Shown piece after piece: positions 7,513 to 15,415 of a stretch of DNA of 64,000 nt. The stretch is from a virus. The notes under the pieces were generated by a model. That model saw only the letters and a program-made list of their open reading frames with translations. It was not told the origin of the DNA and ran no database searches. A program made the translations under genes and the position numbers. How positions within the stretch are numbered: position 1 is the stretch's first letter; each line of letters opens with the position of its first letter. The stretch lies in IMG/VR virus record IMGVR_UViG_3300027747_004779, positions 1 through 64,000 of that record; one strand, 5' to 3'.

Positions 7513-10500
7513 TTAACCTTGATCTTCAGTCCACGATACACGAGCGCGAGTTAACGCATTATAACCATCAAACGTTTTGGTAGATACAGTTAAAACGTCA
7601 GGGCCATCAGGATACGTAAAATTACCACCTATTATGCTATTACCTAAGTCTCTTACAACTTCGATATCAAAATTTTCACTTATATAAGTTGGATTTTTAT
7701 ATGTAGTTGTTGCAGGCGATGCGGGGGAAACAAAGAATGAAGCTATAAGATCGCCTCCCGAACCATCAACATTAAATGATCCGTTTGCTGTGTGATCCCA
7801 GTATTGTGCAATACTACCGTTTCCACCGGGCTGCCATCCCGATGAGGATCTAAATAGGCTTGAATCACAATTTACTCTTACAAAAACTTGAATAGGGTTA
7901 GTTGTAACAATACCTAAACTTCTTAATTTCATTGATGAGTGATTAATTAAATTTCTTATACCAAATGGTGCAGTAATACCGTAGTCAACGGAAGGTGCTA
8001 GTCTTATACTCAATAATGCTTTTTCGCTACTTTCACTTATCTGATATTCTTTAGTAAATCCCGTAAATAAGTACGACTTATCTTCAGTAAAACCACCGTC
8101 AATTAGTGCTGCAACGCCCCAATGGCTTAGAGCTGGTGAACAATTTTGATTTACTGATAAAAATCCATCACCTGCATTTATAGCAGGAACAGTTATTAGC
8201 CCTCCAGTATTTCTATTCTTTATTACAAGATTGACATTGTTTCCTGATGTACCGGCTTTTTGATACTCTATGTATTCGTTATTAACTAAAATTTTACCCT
8301 TCGAAGGTAGATAGTAAGCATCTTCTTCTGATACTTTTAGTACGTTTTGCGCACCAATATAAACAGTTAAGTTTGTTACAGGAAGCGGTCTATATTTACC
8401 AAAAACAGTTGACATGTTTGCGGTATATTGAACTGTTGTTCTATTAGTACCGCTATTGTAAGTTGAATTGCTACTTAAGTTAAATGTCCCTCTAACGGCT
8501 GATTCGGGGGCTATTCCTATACTATAAGTAACGGTGATTAGAGTACCTGAAATAAGTTGTGAAGAATAATCGCCAGTTAATTGAAACTGTACTGTTTTAG
8601 TGCCTGGTATACCGGTCGGTGTACTAGGAATTACAGGGAGGTAAGAGTCTGCAGCGACTATACTGTTTAAAATTTTGCCTTTTTTGCTACGACTAGTTAT
8701 TTCAAAGCGGCCAGGTAAATTACCTGAACGCATATAGGCTTTATCATTAACGTTGTTATTGTAAAGCTCATGAAAATAAATTATTTTACCTTTATTTGAG
8801 CGAATACCATATCTTACTTTGCCAGCACCGTACCAGGAATAATCAATAAATACCATCTGCATTTTGTTTAAGTCTACTGTATAGCCAGAAGGTCCAGTGC
8901 CATCAATTTTATCTAAATTAAAATTATTTTGACGAGTACGTATTTCTTCTGTTTTATTTACGATAACATTTTCTATAGTTGGCCCTCTATAATAAGGTGC
9001 AATTCTAAGATTATTATCATCAATAATTTTTACAACTAAATAAGATTGACCTCTAATAACAATATAATCACCTTCATTAAGCTGTGATTTAAATTTACAA
9101 TTACTATCATAGCTTGATAAAAGTGGGGTACCTAGAGTAGCAGTACACGTACCGGCTAGAGGCGTAGTACTTTGGCGCTTACAGCAGTATAGATCTTTAC
9201 CATCATATTCAAAAAATAAGCCGTTTTGCTCATCAAACATTCCCGAACGTACTGTTGCATCATTAAAATTCTTTACGCGTACTTTTCCAATACCGCCCGG
9301 GTTAAAGTCAGTTGTAGGGAACGGATTATAATCATCTACTGGCATTCTTACTTTAAACTGCTTGGCATTTACAACCTCGGAAACAGCAAAATATCCGTTA
9401 TATGGATTTCTACTTGCTGTGGCGCTTAATTCAAACCCTGTAGTTTCAATATAGGCAGATTCTCTAAATTCGTACGGTTTAGAAAAGCCATGATATTGAA
9501 CAGTTGTAATAATAAAATCATAAAAATTATAGCCTCTAGAAATTGTGTTTAATGCAGCTATAGAACCGGTGCCGGCCGGTAGTGCAACCCAGCTACCCTC
9601 AGATATGCTGGATATGGATGAAGTGTTTTCAAAAGTACGGGCGCTTAAAGTCCCATCCCATATTGTCCATCTTGAATTTACTTGACTCCAATAAATTTCA
9701 TTCCCACTAGGGCCATAGAATGTAGTAGTGGGATCAAAGGTTTGCTCAATATCGAAAGTCCTAGTATATGTACCGTTTGTGGTGTTATTAGCTCCATCAA
9801 TAACTATTTTTGATACATAAGTGCTATTATCAAACTTTGAAGTATCGACTTCGGTATTATTAATTTCATAAACCGGTAAGAATAATATACCGGTACTAAA
9901 TTGTACTGATTTACCTGATTGATATTTAAAATATTTTCTGGTTTGTCTTATAATTTGTGCATTTGGCGCAGAGGTACCGGGGTTAATTTGTACCCCGCCA
10001 TCATAATATCTATGCACAGCAATACCCTCTGTTCTAGCATATATTAGGCCTGATGCAGGTACTATTGTTGTTGTAGACGGAAAGGGTGAAGTTACATTAG
10101 ATATGTAAGTTGCACTAGTATCAGAAAGAATAGTGTTTATATTAAAAGTACCGCAATAACGTGCTGTAGGTTGGTTACCGTCAACAATAATTATTGGTGA
10201 GTTTATAAATAAACCGTGAGGGTATTTAAAGTCTATAATTGCCGCACTTGTACCTGCAACACTTGTTATTTTATTAATTGGTATATTAACATTTGTATAA
10301 AGACCTCCGGTAAATAAAATAGTATATGGTGTTTTTTGATTGCCTACTAATGCCGAAGGAGATTTAGTTGTAACTACAAAAGAATATTGGTCGGGCACTT
10401 GTGTAATAATATAAGCACCGTCAACATATGTTGTGTTAAGAGAGTCTTTAATTACAATAGAATCTCCTGTTTTAAAAGGGATACGAGGAATTACATTTAC

Positions 10501-10785
10501 AGTGACTAATACGTCTTTGTTACCCGGGCCTGTAGGCAAGATTGAGGTGATTTGCTCGGATGAAAATGCAGGTTCATTAGCCCGGGCATAAACACCGGGG
10601 TAATTATTACTTGTTGTTAAAAATTCCCATTTAGAAGATTGTAGTGAATATTCAAAATCAGTATCAATTAAACTTTGTGGGTTAGATACTCTTAATTTTT
10701 CAACAGCGTCTTTTGCTGAATCCACAGGAGCTACCCCGTCTGTTGCCAGCGTGCGCAAATAATCTAAATCTGTTTCAAAAGCCAT
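7513..10785 (-). CDS. large virion structural protein (tail-fibre/baseplate associated)
   Basis: KLRVSNPQSLIDTDFEY, RQTRKYFKYQSGK, DYSWYGAG and YMRSGNLPGRFE motifs typical of structural proteins of T4-like aquatic phages. Confidence 0.75.
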   Translation of the reverse strand: MAFETDLDYLRTLATDGVAPVDSAKDAVEKLRVSNPQSLIDTDFEYSLQSSKWEFLTTSNNYPGVYARANEPAFSSEQITSILPTGPGNKDVLVTVNVIPRIPFKTGDSIVIKDSLNTTYVDGAYIITQVPDQYSFVVTTKSPSALVGNQKTPYTILFTGGLYTNVNIPINKITSVAGTSAAIIDFKYPHGLFINSPIIIVDGNQPTARYCGTFNINTILSDTSATYISNVTSPFPSTTTIVPASGLIYARTEGIAVHRYYDGGVQINPGTSAPNAQIIRQTRKYFKYQSGKSVQFSTGILFLPVYEINNTEVDTSKFDNSTYVSKIVIDGANNTTNGTYTRTFDIEQTFDPTTTFYGPSGNEIYWSQVNSRWTIWDGTLSARTFENTSSISSISEGSWVALPAGTGSIAALNTISRGYNFYDFIITTVQYHGFSKPYEFRESAYIETTGFELSATASRNPYNGYFAVSEVVNAKQFKVRMPVDDYNPFPTTDFNPGGIGKVRVKNFNDATVRSGMFDEQNGLFFEYDGKDLYCCKRQSTTPLAGTCTATLGTPLLSSYDSNCKFKSQLNEGDYIVIRGQSYLVVKIIDDNNLRIAPYYRGPTIENVIVNKTEEIRTRQNNFNLDKIDGTGPSGYTVDLNKMQMVFIDYSWYGAGKVRYGIRSNKGKIIYFHELYNNNVNDKAYMRSGNLPGRFEITSRSKKGKILNSIVAADSYLPVIPSTPTGIPGTKTVQFQLTGDYSSQLISGTLITVTYSIGIAPESAVRGTFNLSSNSTYNSGTNRTTVQYTANMSTVFGKYRPLPVTNLTVYIGAQNVLKVSEEDAYYLPSKGKILVNNEYIEYQKAGTSGNNVNLVIKNRNTGGLITVPAINAGDGFLSVNQNCSPALSHWGVAALIDGGFTEDKSYLFTGFTKEYQISESSEKALLSIRLAPSVDYGITAPFGIRNLINHSSMKLRSLGIVTTNPIQVFVRVNCDSSLFRSSSGWQPGGNGSIAQYWDHTANGSFNVDGSGGDLIASFFVSPASPATTTYKNPTYISENFDIEVVRDLGNSIIGGNFTYPDGPDVLTVSTKTFDGYNALTRARVSWTEDQG

Positions 10786-11066
10786 TGACCCTTAACCATG
10801 GCGGCAAGCCGCCATGGCGCTCTGCCCCACTGCTGGGGCTTTCAATAAATAATGAGCGCGACTTTGGTTCTATAAATTTCTTTATAGGTCGGACTATATC
10901 TTCATTCTTACGGAATGCTGGACGCTCAAGCTGGTTATTAAGGTAATCCTTTTTACCTCCAGTAGTCTCTACACCTTCAAAGAGATGGCTCTTTGCTTGG
11001 CTCGGTATTCCCTTAGTCTCCCTTAGGGTTCACCGAATTCATCCAGTACGGGCCTGTGTAATTAAT
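10783..11066 (-). ncRNA. group I ribozyme (ORF-less, intergenic, no evident cis 5' exon)
   Basis: Minus-strand P GAAUUCGGUGAA (11040-11029), Q GGGAAUACCGAGCCAAGC (11012-10995), R GGUGUAGAGACUAC (10975-10962), S GAAGAUAUAGUCC (10903-10891). P3 CUGGAUG/CGUCCAG, P4 UUCGGU/ACCGAG, P6a CAAAGAG/CUCUUUG, P7 GACUA/UAGUC, P7.1, P8 and P9 all form. The ends are inferred. Confidence 0.92.
10796..10817 (-). repeat. perfect GC-rich hairpin CCAUGGCGG-CUUG-CCGCCAUGG
   Basis: 9-bp stem with a G(CUUG)C tetraloop on the minus strand; probably a peripheral P9.2-like element. Confidence 0.85.
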
Positions 11067-11074
11067 TATTTATT
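11065..11074 (-). promoter_or_regulatory. late-type promoter AATAAATAAT directly upstream of the ribozyme
   Basis: TAAATA at 11072-11067 overlaps the upstream stop codon and lies 12 nt before the guide sequence. Confidence 0.6.
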
Positions 11075-12236
11075 CTAGCGCTGTGTTACCTCCTCTATAC
11101 CATTTAGTTGTTACTATTCTAGTACGTTGTGCAAATGTAACTATGTCGTATTGACCAACAGAATTACTTTTTGCAAGTTTACCTATCCTATATACTCTAC
11201 CTTTTTGCCGGCGAGTATAAAATGGCTTTGGTGAAAACCATTCAACATCATGTAAATTGTACCCTCTATATGTAGGAGCATCATAATTTTCATAAAACAT
11301 ATTACTACCAGTACCTCTATCGGTATAACACATATTTTGCATATATCTCCAAATAACTTCAACGAAGACTATTTCATATTCTTTTAGCGCTACACCTTTA
11401 AAGCATTTGAATAAAAATTCATCAGATAGACAATCTGGTCTTCCATCTCTTGTTATTTTTGGTATATTGTTGTTCCATTGATGTGTCTGCCATTTATATT
11501 CTTGGCTTGGATTTTTTCCTCGATCGGCATCTTGATTTTGTATTGACCATCGATTTAAATTATCAACAGTATTATTATTAAACCATTGTTTTGCTTTAAT
11601 TTTAACTGTTGTTGGGACTTGTGGTGTTGCTGCATTCCATGGATCACCAATAAGTGTCCAAGCAACACCTTCTGTAGTACTTGCGTTCCTTAGGGCTTTA
11701 ACTGTACTATCAGTAAATGCATTAAGATAGAAAGGTCCGCCTGGAGGTGCAGGGGGTACAGTTGATGGTCTCGTTTTCCACTCCCACCTATTAAGTGTGT
11801 TATTATAATTAACTATTGAGTTAGCAGAACCGCCGGCTGAATACGTTTCTTTATTCCCTGTACCATCCAAATTAGCTACCCCGTTATAAACTAATTCGAA
11901 TGCAACAGGGTAAGCAGAAAGTGTTGCTACAGTTGGGTAAGATGATTCAATTTTAAAGAGCAATCTCGTCTGATTAGGGGTACTGTTGTTACCACCATTT
12001 CTTTGACCAAAGCGAGTAGCTAAGTACTCAAAAGTACCTTTGTTATGTCTAAAAACATATCTTCTTAATCCACTTTTTTGGCCTTTACTGTTATCACGGG
12101 ATTTATTTAATTTAGATTTAATGTTATCGTTTAAATCGCCGGGATAAATCAAAACATGCTTCTTTCCTTTAAAAATAGGAGGTAATGGCTCTTTATTTTC
12201 ACTCCCAACAAATAATCTATAATCTGTATTATTCAT
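11070..12236 (-). CDS. hypothetical protein (388 aa)
   Basis: Long ORF in the minus-strand run; no motif recognised. Confidence 0.75.
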   Translation of the reverse strand: MNNTDYRLFVGSENKEPLPPIFKGKKHVLIYPGDLNDNIKSKLNKSRDNSKGQKSGLRRYVFRHNKGTFEYLATRFGQRNGGNNSTPNQTRLLFKIESSYPTVATLSAYPVAFELVYNGVANLDGTGNKETYSAGGSANSIVNYNNTLNRWEWKTRPSTVPPAPPGGPFYLNAFTDSTVKALRNASTTEGVAWTLIGDPWNAATPQVPTTVKIKAKQWFNNNTVDNLNRWSIQNQDADRGKNPSQEYKWQTHQWNNNIPKITRDGRPDCLSDEFLFKCFKGVALKEYEIVFVEVIWRYMQNMCYTDRGTGSNMFYENYDAPTYRGYNLHDVEWFSPKPFYTRRQKGRVYRIGKLAKSNSVGQYDIVTFAQRTRIVTTKWYRGGNTALE

Positions 12237-12775
12237 GTTATTGTTAGGGTTTTTGAAAATAATGTTCCTGTTTCTGTTACTGCAAATGTTTTATAGTACC
12301 CGACTCCTGCAGACGCTTTAGTAATGGTGACTGTAGATAATAATGGTATATTAGTTGTAAGATGCCAGTAATTATCTAATTGAGTTAGTAGGCGGGGTTG
12401 AATAACTGTAAAGCAAAAATCATTTTCATCGTTATTATAATGAAAACCAGCTGCTATGATGTGCGACTCGCTTGATACCGTGGCAGTAATAGTCCCGCTA
12501 TCGTTAACTGGAGTAGAAATAGTAGGTTTATAAAGTCGTTTTACATACGAGATGTCACCGGTATTGGTATTATAATAGTGTATGTCTTGATAAATTAATT
12601 CTTTAGGTTTTTGTAGCCCCCCTATACTCCATCCTTGCGAGCTGCCGTAACCCGGGTTTCTAGCTCTTTGTACAGTGTCATCTTTATATACATTGCGTAG
12701 GTACACGCGATCTAGTTCATCATACGTATATGTAACTGTACCTTTAATTGGCGTAATGTTCATTATATCATTCAT
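12233..12775 (-). CDS. hypothetical protein
   Basis: Start reassigned to ATG 12775 to avoid overlap with the upstream gene. Confidence 0.7.
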   Translation of the reverse strand: MNDIMNITPIKGTVTYTYDELDRVYLRNVYKDDTVQRARNPGYGSSQGWSIGGLQKPKELIYQDIHYYNTNTGDISYVKRLYKPTISTPVNDSGTITATVSSESHIIAAGFHYNNDENDFCFTVIQPRLLTQLDNYWHLTTNIPLLSTVTITKASAGVGYYKTFAVTETGTLFSKTLTIT

Positions 12776-12780
12776 ATTTA

Positions 12781-13533
12781 TTATATTGTATAGGTAATTG
12801 TTAAAAATAATGAATTTGGTGCTTGTCCAAACGAGGTTGCACTTAAACTCGAAACAACCCAAAGAGGGTTTACTAATAATCCGTCTGGAAATACAATATC
12901 AAAATTTGTTTCTGTGGGTACAGAATAGGTGAATAATAATTTTGAATTAGGACCTGATATATTATTATCACCTGACCATATTTGTAGATATATATCTGCT
13001 GATGGCAATGAAGGGTTTGTAGATGTATTAATGCCCTTGACATTCTTAAGATAACCACTAACACCGCCAAAATTTGTAAAATATTTGCTAGTTAATGCAG
13101 TTGTTGCAACAGTTGTATAAGCTCTAGGTATTAAATAGGAAGTGTTAGATGAATTAGCTGTTAAAAGCGTATTAGTTTCTCTTAATAAGCTTTCAATATC
13201 ATAAACGTTAGCGCTTATAGATGGTAAGTATGATGTATAGCCTGTATTAGCGACTAATAATGTGTTAGACCTTGTAACTAGCGTCTCAATATCTGTTAGA
13301 TTTATATTAATATTTTCCGCGGAAAGCGATACTTTAATATCATCTGGATTAGTTAGATAAGATAAAACCGCATATTTAGGATAAATGTCAACTGAGCTTA
13401 AAGCAGTGCCAGAATCCCTATAATCCCATCTTGTAACCGATATAGGCGGAAACCTGCTATCATTTTGTAGCTCAACAAACTTTCCATACTCAACTATAGA
13501 GGGATTATTTACAACATTTGAGTTTGCAGACAT
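12781..13533 (-). CDS. putative virion protein with short coiled-coil repeat
   Basis: Start ATG 13533 follows TATAAATA (13548-13541); repeat DIETLVTRSNTLLVAN / DIESLLRETNTLLTAN. Confidence 0.75.
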   Translation of the reverse strand: MSANSNVVNNPSIVEYGKFVELQNDSRFPPISVTRWDYRDSGTALSSVDIYPKYAVLSYLTNPDDIKVSLSAENININLTDIETLVTRSNTLLVANTGYTSYLPSISANVYDIESLLRETNTLLTANSSNTSYLIPRAYTTVATTALTSKYFTNFGGVSGYLKNVKGINTSTNPSLPSADIYLQIWSGDNNISGPNSKLLFTYSVPTETNFDIVFPDGLLVNPLWVVSSLSATSFGQAPNSLFLTITYTI

Positions 13534-13566
13534 ATAATAATATTTATACTTTGAATAAATAATTAT

Positions 13567-13773
13567 ATGGCAATTCAGTATGTAAATGTAGATACACCTG
13601 TTACAAGATTTGCACAATCATTTGTAAATTTAACGCAGATAAATAGTACCAAATACCCCGCTTTAACCACAAAGCAGGTGGATACTACCATGTATAATCC
13701 ATTAACAACTTATTCAATTTACGATCAGTGGGCTTTTAGAACTATTGCAGTGTCCGGTGTACCCATGCCTTAA
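13567..13773 (+). CDS. 68-aa protein, paralog of the N-terminal domain of 12781..13533
   Basis: Preceded by ATAAATA; aligns by eye (V..P..FV.L..N..[FY]P..D..L..IY..A). Confidence 0.7.
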   Translation: MAIQYVNVDTPVTRFAQSFVNLTQINSTKYPALTTKQVDTTMYNPLTTYSIYDQWAFRTIAVSGVPMP

Positions 13774-13964
13774 CGTAATTCACCAATCATCTTAAACGGA
13801 ATCTCTTTTCCGTTGGCGTCAACCACAGCTTCTCCATCTACATATCCAATCATCTTGCGACCGCTTTGAACTGGTATAACTCTTTTATCTCCAAGAAAAC
13901 GATACTTTGGGCGAGATGTTCTAAATCCGGGGACTGCTGTTGCTTTGGCTGCTGGTGTTGACAT
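13770..13964 (-). CDS. small basic hypothetical protein
   Basis: ORF preceded by TAAATA. Confidence 0.65.
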   Translation of the reverse strand: MSTPAAKATAVPGFRTSRPKYRFLGDKRVIPVQSGRKMIGYVDGEAVVDANGKEIPFKMIGELR

Positions 13965-13980
13965 ATTTTTTATTTATTTC

Positions 13981-14008
13981 TTGACTATTTTAAAGCAACC
14001 GGTATAAT
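13981..14008 (+). promoter_or_regulatory. sigma70-like promoter TTGACT-N16-TATAAT for tRNA-Met/tmRNA
   Basis: -35 at 13981-13986 and -10 at 14003-14008, 10 nt upstream of the tRNA. Confidence 0.7.
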
Positions 14009-14018
14009 TATAATATAT

Positions 14019-14093
14019 TGCGGGGTAGAGAAACCTGGTTAACTCGTGACGCTCATAACGTCAAGATTGTTGGTTCAAATCCAACCCCCGCTA
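14019..14093 (+). tRNA. initiator-type tRNA-Met(CAT) with non-canonical anticodon stem
   Basis: U1xU72 mismatch, G2-C71, C3-G70, A11-U24, TTCAAAT T loop, A73, CAT at 14054-14056; anticodon stem TGACG/CGTCA. Confidence 0.9.
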
Positions 14094-14108
14094 AGTTCAT
14101 TAATAACT

Positions 14109-14519
14109 GGGGGCGTAATGGTATCGATTGAACAGTGGAGTTCATGAGAGCAAGTACCGGGGCATGCCGGTCTACCAATAGCAAAACAACATTAAATGCC
14201 GAAGACAACTTCGACATGGCCATGAGTCTAGAAGAAGCTGATGCAATCCTTGCAACAGCAGGCTTTGTTGATTCAGAAGCCACACTCGAGCTAGTTTAAC
14301 TACTCGATCGTTCTACTGTAGATTGAAGCTTGTAAGGTAGAGCGTGTTACTGGCTTTCGTATAGTCTGGGTTATAACAATTAATAGATTATACGTATAAA
14401 ATTGTTATCAGTAAGGGCTTTTTGTTTAGTTTAATCCTTATGAAAATTCAACTAAAATAAACTTGTAGTGCTTGTGAGTTAAATTATTCAAGACGAGAGT
14501 TCAATTCTCTCCGCCTCCA
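14109..14519 (+). ncRNA. ssrA: tmRNA
   Basis: GGGGGCG/CGCCTCC-A acceptor with G3.U70, GAGAG-TTCAATT-CTCTC T arm, resume context TTAAAT-GCC, tag ORF 14198-14299. Confidence 0.93.
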
Positions 14520-14524
14520 GGTTT

Positions 14525-15415
14525 TTAAATAAGATACCCTTCAATTAACATACTTGCTGATAAGACTGTAACACCAGTTATTGCAGAGCCAGTCATTCTT
14601 AAGGCAACTACATCACCCGCACTAGCAGCAATATTATTGGTATTTCCCAGAAAATATGTGTTATCCAATGTTAAACTTGGAGTAAGAGAATTAGCAATAC
14701 CAGTATTGCCCCTTGTTACATTAACAAGTTTAATTGAAGGGCTAGCAGATGCAGTACCTGCTGATATTTCTATAATATTAAGCCCAAATGATTTGCAAAT
14801 AAACTTTCTTCCTGCAGGCACTGTAAATAAAGTTGTATTGGTAGTAAGTGGTCCTAATAAATTATAGGGTGTATAATTAATTGCAGTTAACTGGGGGTAT
14901 GAGGTGGAACGATTGTAAGCTTCATTCCAATTGGCACTGTTGGCATTAGTTGTAGTATAAACTGAAGCATTGTTTGCTGACATGGTATTGGCTGTGGTGT
15001 ACACTGAAGCATTGGCAGCTGATTGTGTATTGAATGAGGTGTACACACTGTTCCAGTTGTTGCTATTGCCACCTGCTGCAGTAATACCGTCGTTACCACT
15101 AATTGCGCCATTAACAGTTAATTCTGCACCAGGAAAGCTCACATTAATACCTATTTTGCCTTTTGCACCGGGTGCAGGGGCATTTCCAACGTGCAATACT
15201 TCAATGCCGTCTTTGTCATAAAAAGAAGCTATATCATAATCCCCAGGAGCTTGTGCAACATATAAAGCTGGCCCAATACCAGTATTAATAACACTCAAAG
15301 CACTGGTGGATGTAAATATGGTGTTTGTAAAAACTGCACCGCTTAATGCAGATAATCCGCCTTGAAATACTGCATTCCCGTAAAAGTAATTTGTTTGTGT
15401 ATTGTTTATTCTCAT
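14525..15415 (-). CDS. tail-fibre-associated structural protein
   Basis: TSALSVINTGIGPAL and GKIGIN..P...LTVNG.IS fibre-type motifs; SAN-rich repeats; start 15415 or 15430. Confidence 0.7.
   Translation of the reverse strand: MRINNTQTNYFYGNAVFQGGLSALSGAVFTNTIFTSTSALSVINTGIGPALYVAQAPGDYDIASFYDKDGIEVLHVGNAPAPGAKGKIGINVSFPGAELTVNGAISGNDGITAAGGNSNNWNSVYTSFNTQSAANASVYTTANTMSANNASVYTTTNANSANWNEAYNRSTSYPQLTAINYTPYNLLGPLTTNTTLFTVPAGRKFICKSFGLNIIEISAGTASASPSIKLVNVTRGNTGIANSLTPSLTLDNTYFLGNTNNIAASAGDVVALRMTGSAITGVTVLSASMLIEGYLI

Noticed and set aside
10713-10946. 77-aa ORF as a possible homing endonuclease
   Set aside because: Antisense to the ribozyme, with no LAGLIDADG, HNH or GIY-YIG motif
11049-11100. 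Conventional cis-splicing with the upstream gene as 5' exon (..GGA GGU^)
   Set aside because: Only ~3 bp of P1 can form with the guide and a promoter motif intervenes; it would be in frame with the downstream ORF, so it is not fully excluded without RT-PCR
14053-14283. 76-aa minus-strand ORF
   Set aside because: Antisense to tRNA-Met and tmRNA
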